Of a stretch of DNA of 64,000 nt, positions 25,061 through 38,500 are shown in pieces. The notes beneath the pieces were generated by a model. That model was given only the letters and a program-made list of their open reading frames with translations. It was not told the origin of the DNA and did no database searches. The position numbers were made by a program, and so were the translations under genes. This DNA is from Diadema antillarum (Eukaryota): NCBI RefSeq assembly GCF_040938485.1, contig NW_027271444.1:248001-312000 (forward strand), given 5' to 3'. Position 1 is the stretch's first letter. Every line of letters starts with the position of its first letter.

Positions 25061-26688
25061 GAGAATATAAGAAACATGATGATACATAATTATATATACA
25101 GAATGGGCAATTTTCCCATTGAGAGGTTTTGTGCTGTCTTTGTGACGTCCTCAAGGGACGCCACAAAGACAGTACAGAGACATTTGCTCACATCTCACAA
25201 AGAGCAGCATTAGCGACACGAAGAGAAAACATGTTAACCATTTTAAGTCTCGCGTTAAAATCAGGAGTTTCAGTATTCTGGGGATGAATAAAGGTATTTG
25301 ACCAGGCAGAGAGTTACGAAATGACCCAATATGCCACAGGCACATGAATACATAAATTTGTATTTCCTGCATCGTCTGAGTGTGAATGTATTTGGGTTGT
25401 TGTATATAGGTTCTTCATGAATTGCAATTAACACATCGTCTTAAATCATAGAAATAAACAAAATCATGATTATTAAGAGAATAATATGCCATCAAGATGT
25501 ACCTCGTTTCTTTGATCTTTATTAAAGTATATTTCTTTTTTTTTCATTTCCACGAAATTTGCTGTTCAGAATAGAAACTTGAAAACAACTCTAAACACAC
25601 CAGAAAACAGATAGTTATTCTGCATCAACAGCCTATGAAGCATTAAAATGAATGCTTAAGAAAAGAACGAACCCAGGGATTTCTCTTTCGAAGTCGAAAT
25701 TACGTGCAGTCTCTTCTTTCAATACGGCAAGATTTAACAGTGGATGAATCACCATTATGTGTATTGGGATTCGAGTGTAGGACGGTATGCCCAGAGTAAA
25801 CGACCTTCCGTACAGCCTTCTGTAATGAAATGTGATTGGTGAGATCACAATTATGACATTTGTTGATAATTTATGATTGCACTAATGGCATCTCAAAAAG
25901 GGGCTCCCCACGTCTCGACACTAGGCAGCTGTATGTCATCGATAAATCTGATTGGGAGGACGCCCCGTGATGGAGTGTGATGGTGGCATAACGACCCAAG
26001 GCTAATACCATTAGCAATTACATTTTCATCACGCAAAGTGTCGCAACGAGAGGCCGTGATCTCTACTATAAGTGTGCTCAAAATTCACCTGATGTCAATG
26101 GAAGTTTGTTCCCCCCCCCCCCCCCCCTAATCATGGCCAGATTCGCCCGATCTTATCATTCAAATCATGCGTCAGATTATCATTTCAGGCAGTTTCCATT
26201 ATACTAGTACTCCTTTCTGTAGAGTCTGTCCGATGTATGGTTAATAGGAAAGCATCAAGCTTCCTGTCCTTTGTATTTTATGATATAAAGACTACCTTGT
26301 ACACCAAATTCGTGCTTAAATGTTAGTGTTCTCTTAACATTTCTTGAAAACACTAATTTTCATTTCTGTTTGGTTTGTTCTTTTACGAAGAAGCATCTGT
26401 TGAGCACCGAAAGGTCAAAGATCAAAATCCGGGACATTTCTCGAGAACAATTCGAGGCGCAGCTGCATGCTGCTCTCCCATAGTGGCCATAACAAATGAT
26501 TTTGACTGGCACAAAAGTTGTCATAACGTTTTTAAGTTGATGTCTACATTTCACTCCCCCGTGATCAAATCTATCTCTTTCACCTTTTTTGTTTTTGCAA
26601 TCAATCTATTATTTTCTTTAATTGCTTGCATCTAGGTTAGGAGGAGAGAACGCATTTAAAAGTACTTCATATATAATAACAATCGAGA

Positions 26689-26830
26689 TGATGATGATGG
26701 TAATGATGATGATGATAACAGTAATGAAAATGATGTTGATGATGATGATTATATTGATAATGATAACAACGATAATGATAATAAAGCTTTTACTAATGAT
26801 AATGACAGAAATAATGATATGATCATGACA
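26689..26830. repeat. Degenerate (ATG/ATA)n trinucleotide tract
   Basis: Directly visible; it produces the Met/Ile-rich spurious ORF 26622..26822. Confidence 0.9.
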
Positions 26831-27172
26831 ATCTCTTTAACAGCAATAATCATCACAATCATGACATTGTGCAAGAAATGAGATACACTATTGGTCATAA
26901 AGACTTGATTCCATGGTTTCTTTTGTTATTTGACAGTCTACAGGTTGAGTGATTACTTAACGTTTCTTCATTACACAAGTGATACCATATACAAAATAAA
27001 TCGAAATATGTGTATTACGCAACAGTTTCTTTTGTTCGAGACAAAAAGAAGACATTGCATGTGAGATTCTGTCACTTTCCCTGACGCAACGCTGCGTGAA
27101 ATGAGGCTGGTTTTTTTTTTCGAGGTCTTTGAACCATTTGCAATAAAAATCGGTACAGACGTTCCCTAGGCA

Positions 27173-28208
27173 ATGCCTAGTCCAACGAAGCCAGTATAAT
27201 ACAGGAAAAAGTGGTGGCACTGCTGCAGGACGACTATAGAGTGATATTGAGGATGTCCTCGGGACATCACAGAGTACAGTCTGTAATATCCTAAAACGCC
27301 AAGGTGAGACATGGAATGTGCGACCATGGAAAACTCCAGGACATCCAATCTGTACTCCGAGAAGAGATAATTGCCAAGAGTTGAATCTCTGCAGGAGAAA
27401 CCGAAAAATGCCGTAAAATCATCTTCGTTGCTTTTGGAGGAGATATTACAGGATCAACGTTTCTCGGTCAACCGTTAATCGGAGATTACTTCAACATGGA
27501 TACCGAGCACGACGGTTGACTAAATTAATGTCTACGCTTGGCTGTTCGTCACAGAGTTGCTCGTCTTGCTGGGCTAGGGAGCAGAGAACGCTTCATCCTG
27601 GACACTGGCCACATGTTGTCTTCAAGGACGACAGCCACGACACCCTTGGCCGAATAGATAGAAGACGACGAGTTCGTCGATTTCTCAGGAAGAACCTCCG
27701 TGGTGACTGCATCAACGAGACGACTCAAGGTGGTGGCGGCTCAGTGATGACATAGGCCAGCCTCCATTTCGGTGGGAGCTGGTGGTCCCGGAAGGAAATG
27801 TTAACATAGTTGTGTACAGTCATATCTTGGAGTAGCACTGCCTTCCACAGGCAAGACGAGAGTACGAACACAATTTTCGAGTACAGGACAACAACTCTAG
27901 ACGACGTAAGGCTGCTGCACTAAGGGAATTCATTGACGCAGAGCTCGTGGAGCAGATGCCATGCATGCCATGGTCATCTTGCTCGCAAGGTATGAATTAA
28001 CCCCGTCTGGAGCGTTCATGGATACTCCGGGCCGAGCCATCAGCGACAGAGATGTCATCCCTCAAACTGCACAGAATTGGGCCGACGCTCTGATAGAGGC
28101 ATGGGATGCTATGTCTATTGACGTTGCCAACACGCTAGTTTACAGCATGCCACTAAGTCTGCAGGCCCTGATAGGTGCCAGGGTGGACATACCCATCACA
28201 ATAAGTGA
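27173..28208 (+). pseudogene. Decayed Tc1/mariner transposase (Tc1 DDE type)
   Basis: Frameshifted and stop-containing frames give HTH-like SQSTVCNILKR, VSRSTVNRRL, WAREQR...WPHVVFKDDS (VxFxDES), QGGGGSVM, QDNNSR (QDNAR), and LIEAWDAMSIDVANTLVYSMP...GGHT. TIRs could not be resolved. Confidence 0.9.
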
Positions 28209-29294
28209 CGGAGTTATAACAATGAGTCTACTCTGGTGAACACTGATCGATGAAATCACCAGAAAAAAAGACATAATCTGAAAAATTGACAGACATTAAA
28301 ACGAAATGTATCACGATCTTTCATTGAGTATCTTTGTTTTTGTCGTTTTATGCTCCAGACACAAACCAGGGAGGTACCACCTCCCTGCGCAAACCAATTA
28401 ACTGTTTATGATTGATAAAAATCATTGTAAAACGTGCGAAAATGACATGATAACGTAATGTGGTTGTATACATCATAATTGCGGTAGAATGAAACCAATA
28501 ATGTAATGACAATTTGTTTAAAAAGTATTCCTCCTTTATGGCCAACAGTGTGGTAGTCATCAAAATAATAATGACGATGATCATCATCATCATCATTCAA
28601 TAGACTGGATGACATTTTGCTCAACGTTTACTTCCGTTTCTGCTGATTTAATTCATTTTATACGAAAGACTTGGTAAACTGTTATTTCTTTTCTTCCTCT
28701 CGGTATCATTTTCTACCATAATCTTCCGTTTCGTGATTTTTACTTCGTATTATATTGTACTTTGCTTTTGGTTCATTTGGTTTGACTTGGTCTGATGTGA
28801 TTTTTTTTTTTTGCATCAATTTCATTAATACCATTTTCCAGTGAACCGTGAAACCTCCTCGGTGATACTGAAAAATATAGATGAAAATTCTGTTGCATCA
28901 AACGAGTAAAAACAAGACGAATAGATCAAAACGCGCAATCTGACTGTCCGTCGAGAACTTTCAGTCTTCAACATTCAGTTGAAAGAAAAGGCTGTTGCAA
29001 ACAAAACCGGCTCTACACACGAAGAAATACAATCACTCGAAGAAATAAAAGCTCTCGATGCAGCTATATAATCTATGTACGGAGTAAATTCGTTATGCTC
29101 TTCCTTGATAACTTATTTTGGAAGCAAAGATTGATCAGAAATTCGATTTACACTTAAACTGGCTGCAATGATTTGTCTATAAACTACTACGTTTGGCACT
29201 TCGGAATTTATAAGGCAGTCTGTGTAGAATTCAAGGAACTTGTCCTACAGCAAGAATGCTGTCAAAATAAACGATCCCTGTCTGCAGAGGGCGG

Positions 29295-29589
29295 TGTTAT
29301 GCAGTTGAGAGTCGAGTCCCTTCATAAAAGGACTCTTCGTACAGTTGACATCAACAGGGTCATATCAAAACATAGATAGCTCTGGCTGAGAGCAGAGCAA
29401 AAGCCGGGTGTATAGGTCCTACACTACTCTAGTTGACAGAAGACAGACTGTAGTAGATTGTACAAGTTGTTCTCTAACTTGTCGCTTCTCTGCATTTATT
29501 CAACTGTATTACCGATGATGACTTTATACTAATGACATTATTATCAAGACGAAATAAATTTATGTAAGTTCTGATTCATCCAGGTAACA
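29295..29589 (+). mobile_element. Possible solo LTR
   Basis: TGTTA...TAACA inverted ends and AATAAA at 29553, ~30 nt from the 3' end; no TSD found. Confidence 0.35.
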
Positions 29590-29599
29590 TTCAATAAGG

Positions 29600-30330
29600 T
29601 ACAAAATTAAATCGTTGCATCTGGACTTACTGATTTAATTCCGAGAAAGGTTTGACATCCGATCTTTGACGCTTCATCAGCTCGTCTGATTTTGTCGTGG
29701 GAAAACGCCGTTGCCGATCGGTGTCAGTGTGTAGTCGAGGAATAATCCGGATTACCTCGAGTTGTACACCCGGGAGAGGTTGTGTCGAAGTCTCCCACCT
29801 TTATTAAGGGTTGGGTTCTCCGAGTTGACTTAGACGGCTTCCCGGACCCCCTCTCAAACCACCGAGGCACCTTGTCTAGATGAGCACACCTATTTTTAAA
29901 GTTGTGTTTAGCTGACCTTAGGTGGGAGAAGACGGCCGAATCGTTGGTAACCACACACTCGAAGTGATTCCCAGATTTGCTTATGCTCCTTCTCCTTAGC
30001 TTCCTCAGAAGATGGAATGTAAGAAGCCCTGTGAAACAATGTTATTACCACTCCCAGTTTGTGGATGAGGGGATGGTGGGAGTCAAACATCAGGAGGTAT
30101 GGGTTCGTATGCAGGTGGCCCTCCTATAGACCGAGGAAAGGAGCGTACCGTCGTCTTTGATGGTGATAAGGCAATCTAGGAACGCTGGTTGATTGTCTTT
30201 TGCTTTCTCAATCGTGAACTTGATACACGGGTTGATACAGTTGTTGATATGTGCAAAGAAAGCGTTTAGTTCTGCAGTCTTAATCTTAAGAAAAGTCCGC
30301 CGTACAAACCATTCTTTCATCATGGTATTC
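29600..30330 (-). mobile_element. 5'-truncated, internally deleted Penelope-like retroelement (RT C-terminus, GIY-YIG tail, 3' terminal region)
   Basis: Frames give FFAHINN..NPCIKFTIEK..AFLDCLIT..DGTL.SSVYR, FDSHHPLIHKLGVVITLFHRA, and SAVFSHL...KHNF...LDKVPRWFERG, all typical of PLE RT/EN. The catalytic WxRYVDD region is degenerate (WFVRRTF). Confidence 0.88.
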
Positions 30331-30398
30331 AAAGCTCTGAATAATTTTAGCGCTCCTTTTTTACTGGACCGGTTTGATTTTGTATTACATCAATACTA

Positions 30399-31093
30399 TT
30401 TGTGACCCTGCACCTCAAAACAAACAAAAAGTCGCCAGACACGAATTTTTAGTTAAGACCATATTCTGAAAGAGCAGACTTTCAGCTTTAAAATGATGTA
30501 TAACTCAAATCAAATGGACTCTCCTAACCTATCTAAATATTGGGAAAAAAGCACAAACTCAGGAAAAGTGTGAACTGAGAAAAGAGGCTCTGAAGTACAG
30601 TGTCTATTCAAGCGCTTAATCTTTACCAAACCGTGCTGACTGTGCGATGAATGGGACAAAAAACAGGGAAGTAAACCACCAGAGTAACAACAATGAAGGG
30701 ATTATCAGATTAAACTGAAATTGAGCATGCCTCATTAACACATTCTGTCCATAATTAATGCCAACTTTCAAAGCAGTAGCACCATACTTCCAAAAGTTAT
30801 TAGAGTTGAAAGTGAAGAGTGTGAACAAGGTTTTTCAGAAATGAAAAAAGGATTCTAAATACACACCTAATCACACTATTCTACCAAAAATGTTCGAGAT
30901 AAACTGCTAAAAAACACACTTTCTTGCCCGTTTTATGATACCAAATTTTAGCATAATGTAAAAGAAGCCCCGCTCTTTCAGAAAATATGAAAAAGTTAAG
31001 TTCGGCTAGGTTGACCCATTTCACTTCTTTTCAGTCCTCACGCAAAATCAGTGTGTGCGACTTTATGTTCGTTTTGAGGTGCACGGTCACATT
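30399..31093. mobile_element. Non-autonomous TIR DNA transposon, TA-flanked
   Basis: ~35-bp TIR TGTGACC(C/G)TGCACCTCAAAAC(A/G)AACA(A/T)AAAGTCGC; TA at 30397-30398 and 31094-31095. Confidence 0.8.
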
Positions 31094-31895
31094 TACTCTC
31101 CTATGAAAGTTATCGCTGTCAAAGCCAAGAACAAAATTGCAAACGCATGAGGTTCCCCTGTCGTGGGACATCCATGTTCTATACTCTTATTCCCTGAAAT
31201 ATAATATCCTCACCATCATGCAACTCATTTAAGAAAGCTATAAATGATCATGTTTTGCGTCGGATGTTATGATACCTGACATGACGTGATGTCCCTACAT
31301 GTATGTTAATGATCATGCATATATTGGGAGGGGGCGTGGGTGGGGAGGAAACATTGGCAGTCGGGATGGGAGGGATAACATTTTAACGGGTTTCTTGCAA
31401 CTAATTTCTTCTCTCTTCCGAAATCTCATATCAATATTTAAGCATGATGCCCAACTTAAATATCATGATAAAAAAGAAACGAATTTGGACAAGGAAAAGG
31501 TGAATGAGGAGAATACATCGAACGTACATTGATACTTGTTCAATTAAGAATTCGAATGATTTTGTAAAAGATAAAATTGAGGGGGAAAAGGTATGTACCC
31601 CCGTCTGTATCAGGTTAACACACTTAACACATTATGTTTCTAATGAGCTAATGTACGTGTTTTTACTAAAACGGTGCATGCAGGTTATAGACCGGTAGCG
31701 ATTGTCGGAAGAGAACTCTACACTCGAACTAATCTGTGAACCCTGGTGTCATTAGTTAGGCCCAGGGAAAGGCATAAAATTGAAAATGCCGCCATGAATA
31801 TCCTGAACAGTATTGTATAATTATTCAGAGCAGGCACTCATTCAAAGCACAATGTAAGCTGATGTCTTCCACGGCACATAACACACACTTTAGTA

Positions 31896-32330
31896 AATTC
31901 AATTCAATTCAATTCAGTCTATTTTCACACCGTATACATGTGTCACAAACCTCTTGTGGGAACAAGTACACTGTTTTGTATACTAGTAATTACATCAAAT
32001 TAAACAAGGTTGATGGTTACATGGAATGTTACGTGGGGACCTTGAGAATTAAGCACAGCTTGTTAAACAAGGTCCCCTCAAAAAAGAAATATTACATACA
32101 GATGAGTGGAAGTGATACACAGTGTATTGCAAAATGAATGAAGGGCTGAGGTGGGAAACAAAAAATACAAAGTACACCATTGCGCAATCTTGTCACAAAA
32201 TACTAGTACTTGTTACGTAAAACGAAACGTTGTGTGTGTGTGAACCCCAGAATCTTCAGCCTATTGAAGGAGGCAGACTTAACCAAAGAAACGTAGAGAT
32301 TAGTGTTGTGAACCATGCGAGGTGGTACTT
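31896..32330 (-). mobile_element. CR1/L2-type LINE 3' fragment just upstream of WBP2
   Basis: (TTGAA)n tail on the minus strand; perfect 10-bp stem GGGGACCTTG/CAAGGTCCCC at 32035-32077. Confidence 0.55.
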
Positions 32331-32383
32331 TCTAGTACTTTGCACAGCTGACTACGTCTGTCGATCCTGCACTTTGCGATGTG

Positions 32384-32400
32384 GATGACGTCATAAAAAC
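32384..32400 (+). promoter_or_regulatory. CRE palindrome (ATGACGTCAT) in the WBP2 proximal upstream region
   Basis: GATGACGTCATAAAAA about 100 nt 5' of the ATG. Confidence 0.5.
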
Positions 32401-32493
32401 AACGTTAATAAGTTACGTATTGCACTCTTTTTATAGCAGGGTTACAGAGAAACGGATTCCTATTCTGTATTTTCGTAACGGTACCCCACCAAC

Positions 32494-32549
32494 ATGGCGC
32501 TGAATCAAGCCAATACTAAAGATGGCTCCTTAGTATTGCAAGGAGACAG
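32494..32549 (+). CDS. WBP2: WBP2 coding exon 1 (MALNQANTKDGSLVLQGD)
   Basis: Kozak-like accaacATGG; donor AG|GTGAGT at 32550; phase 2 joins exon 2 (AG|G = Arg). Confidence 0.88.
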
Positions 32550-35500
32550 GTGAGTTTACCCTTAATGTTCTGACTATCAAAAATACCCCTTTTAAAGCCG
32601 GGTCCGATCGCCATCCGTTGTGTTTGTGAAACACATACGTGATATGGTACAGTCCCACACGTTGATATTTGCGTATTGTGAAATAATCTCTCATTCAGAC
32701 CCACCCCTGTTTACTGCGCTACATCACAACAGCTGTAAATTAAACGGACCTTACTCATACACTGACCACAGCAAAGAAATTAGTCAGAGTCATGCTATTG
32801 GTATAGGACACATGAGCTACTAGTACATGTGTGAATATGAAAATTAGTATCTTCTAAACAAGGTAAGCTACAGTAAAGCATCACCACCAATACTGCAGAG
32901 TGCATAACCCCTGGCCTGCGCGGGGTGCTGTATATCAAACCAGTACAGGTTGGGGATGCTGGTGCGGTTACAGAGTAAGTGCAGTGTCATTGAGTGTAGT
33001 CCGCCACGTGCCAGAGCAGAGGCAGAGCACCAATTCACTACCACTGTGCTAATGCAACTCACAATCACATAAATTTCAGTCTTTTTTTTTTCTCTCTCTT
33101 TTTTTTTTTAGGTGGGTCAAACTTCTAATTTGTTGTTACAATAATGTTAGTTCTACCAAACATAATTCAGTCATAACCCAGAACACTTGTCGTGAGAACC
33201 TAGAGTATAAAAACACTTCTTGATATGTGAAAACATCAGTTTGACAGAGCATGAGTAGAGCCTAACTGCGACAGCCGCCACACGCAGTGTGGCGGCTGCA
33301 CCGTGCTCCCATTCAGATCTTCATGTTGAACAAACGGGTGCCTTTGCGGCGCTATATTTCCTTAATTTTTCAACAGAAACTACTAGGAATACTTACATGG
33401 GTCGATGAAACCTAAATGACTATCATCGGTGACTGTTTGATGCATTTCATTGCTTGTGATGCACAAAATGATGTCTTATAAGCAGCTCACCGATGTTCAC
33501 AGAATTCACAATCACTTGCACAAGCGCACAGAATACTTGAACTGTATTGCTAGCCTTTTCTCAAGGCCCTCTCGCTGTAACGGAAGAGCGAACGGATGAG
33601 CGAAGCTAGTCCATCCGAGCGCACAGCGCTACCCCACTCGGCTGGGCTCTCCACACCATACAGCGAGAGGGCCTTGACAAAAGGCTACGTATTACTTGCT
33701 ACAGACGTAAATATTCATAAATGAATGATACACGCCAAAAAAAATAAAATAACAACAACAACAACATGCTGCTGCAATTTTTTTTTCCGTACCCTTGATA
33801 CGCCGAAGAAATGTGTTCCAGTAATGCTGCTTGAATCGCTTACAAAATAATAATAATAATAATAATAATAATGTCTTGATCATGCACATCAATTAGGTCT
33901 TCACACTGAGGTCATGAATATTCATTTACAATGTTACTAGTATTATGTACATCGATGATGCGGCCGATGGGGGAAAAAAAACAAGGAAAAAAGAAAAACA
34001 GGCGAAAATACTAGCAATAAAAGCATCAACATTAACTTGTCCTTTTAATACGATTATATAATCGAGACAACTATAAAAAATGAATTATGATACATAAAAT
34101 TTTATAGAAAAAATGCAAAAAAGTCAAAACTTAGTGATAGTTATTGAATTAGGAAATTACTAATGGAATGAGAGGGAAATTACTCAGACGCGGTTCAAGA
34201 CTTTTGGCCTCAGTTTGGTGTGACTAGGGGGGGGGGGGGGGGGGGAGGGGGGGGGGACTCTGACAGTTTTTTCGGAATTTTTCTCCCGTTTTTAACTAAG
34301 CCAGCCGTGTAATTGTATACAAAATGATACAGTACTGTACTACAGTATTGCAAACATTGAAAATGAACTGTTTGATGCATATTCATTTCACCTTGTAATT
34401 ATGCACTGAGTAATTATGCATTATTCATATCCTTGAGCTTCCCTACCGATGACGTCATAATTTACGCATGCGTAGATGCGTGCAAATGGATACACGTTCA
34501 AAATGGCAGCAAGGCTCTCCTAACTGGGGCAGGTCGCTTACTCCTAAAAAATGTGGAAAATTTTGCAGTTTCCAGATGAATTGGTGAGAAGAACCAAGCC
34601 AATGAAGTAATCTATACTTCAGTTTTGATTGTTACTGTGTTCATTATCGAAATTTAGTTATTGTTTATTTGTGAAGTCGCCGCATGTGGCAATAGGGGAG
34701 CTATTCGTTATTCTCACATAAGCGAAACTGCGGGGAAGCCGCCAGGACCGCGCCTGGCGACGCGGTCTCCGGGGCTAGAGTAGAGCCATGCTCCATCACA
34801 TTGATTTTGACAGCCAAATACACCTCTGTTAGTGTTAATAGTACTAGAACTATATTCATAGTATGTAAACTGAAGATGTTTATCCAATAATAAAAGCGGG
34901 AAGTTACACTGTGAAGTAGAAAATAAAAAGAAGACGGATATCATGCGTGGATCGCTTGTAAGTTGCATTATGTACTATTGTACTTTGGAGTCTATAGATC
35001 GATGATTGAATGTATGTAAGGACTTAACCTGGGTATTACCCAAGTTTTCACAGTCAAACAGTTAGTGTCACCATGGTGGTTGCAATTATTGCCCATTGCT
35101 ATTGTTACAAACTTGTTACAACAGTGTCCAACAACAGACAAATACACTGTAAGTGATCTTTAAATGCCTTTAGATGATCAAATGACATATTAAACTATCA
35201 CTAAAATTTGTATTTTTTGTTCTTCTTTTTTTTAAATAGCACTTTTAATATGTGTACAGCACTGAAATCATTCTGGTCACAGTAATCTTCATAATTTCCA
35301 TTTCTGTTTATGTTACTCCCATTTTGTTGATGTGTTCAACTAGTGAAAACAAGAGAGGGAAAAAAAAGACAATTCCAGAAAATGGATGAAAAATGAAGTG
35401 TCCAAGAGTAATGAAGGGTAAAACAAAGTGGGAAGGCTTTGAACAAGATCATTTTTCATTTTGCAAAAATGTACAGCATTGCGATTAAGCCATATGTGCG

Positions 35501-38500
35501 TATTACTGTACATTGCAATGCTAGTATACTATTTTCAAGCCAATGGGGCTTTTCATTATAGATGAATGTAGGGCATAAACATGAAGTTGCAACTGATTGA
35601 CAAATTGCCCTCCATCGCCATTGATAAATTTCATGAATTTGAAAAACATGAAGTTGTTCAGTTAAAGAACAGACCCAGCGATATGCTTATGTACATGCTC
35701 TGTATACAAAATAATACAATATTCTGTTGATGAGACTTTGAACAATCTCTCGTGATAATTCTCCTTCAGGGTGATACTGATGCAGGATGGTGTTGAAGCC
35801 ACATTTGAAATGACCCCCATGGTTGATCACTTCAAGGGAACCAAGAAAGGCACTGTTTACCTGACATCACTGGTGGTGAGTCTTAGCAGAGTCAGTCTTG
35901 GATGTTTTGCTGACAACCTTTTTGTAGCTAGAAGCCACAATGTAAATTCTACAATTTGGAGATCCCTTTGGTTTTTGCTATTGTTGCATTGTATGATGAT
36001 TGTTATGCCAACAGCCGTTTATGGTCAGAAACACTGATGTGAATTACAATCTGCATTTTGTAAGTGTGTCTGCTGCTTGGTAATATTAGGTTTTTACATA
36101 AAATGTACATTACAAAATGTAAGTGTACATTGTATAATTTCTGGGAAAACTGAAACAACTGAACAAGTCTGATTGAAGTAATGTTTTGTTTTCATAATGT
36201 GTATCAGTTTACTTGCTCTGTAGTCACTGGGAAAAAGTGAAACTTTCACTCTGAGGAAATCATAGACAATGTGCTTGAAATGTGAGAAATGTAATATCGA
36301 TTCTTTGGAATTGAATCGTGAAATATTACAATTACTTGTAACTATGCTCTTTTGCAATGTGTAGAAGTGCTGCAAGTGTAAATCATGCAATTCTGTGTCC
36401 ACTCTGACAGTTTTTTAAATATTTGTGTTTTCTTTTTTTTCTAGATGGCATTTGTGCCCAAGTCAGGGTTGATGAAGTCACTGACCGTCCCATTTGCCAA
36501 TCTAAAGAATCTGGAGGTCAAACAGCCAATGTTTGGAGCCAACTACTTGACTGGGAACATTCTTGCACAGCCAAATGGTAGGTATTTAGGTTCAGCTTTT
36601 ATAGTAAGGAGATTATGTTTCAAGCACACTTGCAGAGCACTGTAAAGTAAGATATTTAAAGGGATGGTATAGTATTGGTGGAAATGAGGATTGGGCTTTT
36701 AACTTTTTGCGAGATACTAAAAAACCATCTATGAAATAGTACAGAGCATACCATACTAAGAGGAATTCAAAGTTTATTTGATGAAAATCGGTTTTAGAAT
36801 GGTTGAGAAATAAAAAAACAAAGGAAAACAAAGCGATCGTAAGAAAAGGTGGGTCCCACCTTTTATTGGGATCGCACCGTTTTGGCTATCTCAGCCATTT
36901 CAAAACCAATTTTCATCAAATAAATGTTGAATTCCTCTTGGAATTACATGCCCTTTCACATATCATAAGAGATTTCTCATTATGTCACAAAAAAATGTTA
37001 GAAATCTGAAATAACGTCTCAACCAAAACTATAAAATGATCCCTGTAAATTGCAGCATGAAATTTTTCGCAAATTGGAGCTGACAGCCTTTTTTGTGGCA
37101 TGAAGTTTTTACAAATTGCCACTGGCATTCAAATCATATAGTGTAGACAAAAACTTTTGCATGCATTTTGATTTCACGAATCTTAGCTCATGAAATTAGC
37201 GAAATGAAAATGCACATAAACATTGCTGGTTTTACAGTAATTCTTCATAAAGTTGATCTTGTAATGTTAGATCATGTGGACTGGCGAAATTGGAACACAA
37301 ATCAAAATGATTTTATCAAATGACACTGTATATATAATTGAAGCATGCATTGGTAATGCATGTAGATGTACCTCCATGGATGGATGTTTTAGACATTCCA
37401 CAATCCATTGCCAAAATTAAGAGTGAATGGAGTGCATGCACTCTCGATGACATTACATCTTGATAAGAAGATCTATGAATGAATAATATAATTGCTGTAT
37501 GTTACTTGGAATATTTAGATTAGTTTGCATGCTGACCTATGACTTGATCAGTATGTGTAACATGTGACCGAGATTCCTTGATATAAATCTGCTAATATTG
37601 TACAGAGAACTGCAAATAAGATTTTTCACAGCTGAAAAAAGCAATACACAGTTTGAAGGTTTTGTGTCTAATATCTTACTAATTGTTTGAATTTCAAAGT
37701 TTAAGGATGTTTTGAAATTTGAAATTGGATGTATTACTTTTTTAAAACAGGTGGCTTTGAAGGCAAGGTGAAGTTCAAGATGGTTTTCAATAACGGTGGT
37801 GCTATCGACATGGCTCAGGGTCTTATGAAAGCAGTCAAACGAGGTTAGTGTCATAATGTGTCAATTTGAACCAGGTTTTATTTTCATCTTTTTTTACAAA
37901 CGTGTAACCATAACAATATATTTGAACATTCACTGTGATGATAAATATGGAATCCCAAGTCAAAAGAATGTTACATTGTACCTTTTCCCTGGCTTGAGGA
38001 GATGAAAGCCACTTAGAATATCAGGGTGTTGTGATGCATAGTCTGAATGACCAAAGGATCAGTGATACAAAGGAGAAGTGATCCACTATGAACACAGCGG
38101 CACCCTGGTCACAGAGATTGATATTGTGGTGTTTCTAGCCTCAGGTAAAGGAAGGCATTATTCCTGCTTAATTGTGATGATTACTGTATACGCTGTTATT
38201 TTCGCGTACAGATATTTTCGCAATTGATGAGGTGGCAGACATTTTCGCGAGATGTTGTTTTCGCAAATCGATGCCGATGCTCACATTAATGCTCTATTAA
38301 CAAAACGCATGGAGACAATTTCGTGTGTTGTTAAATTCGTGATCCAACTGTGATTCGCGAAATTCGCAAAAATAACAGCTTATACAGTATGTTGATGAAT
38401 ACAGTAACGATGATGGCAATTAGATGTGATGATGGTAATTATGATAATGACGATAAGAATAATGCATGTATTTCATACAGTTGCCTTACTGATTCTGAGC

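Noticed and set aside
29281-29296. CTCF-like motifs (TCTGCAGAGGGCGG here; ACAGGGGGCGC at ~6752)
   Set aside because: Partial matches only, expected by chance in 64 kb.
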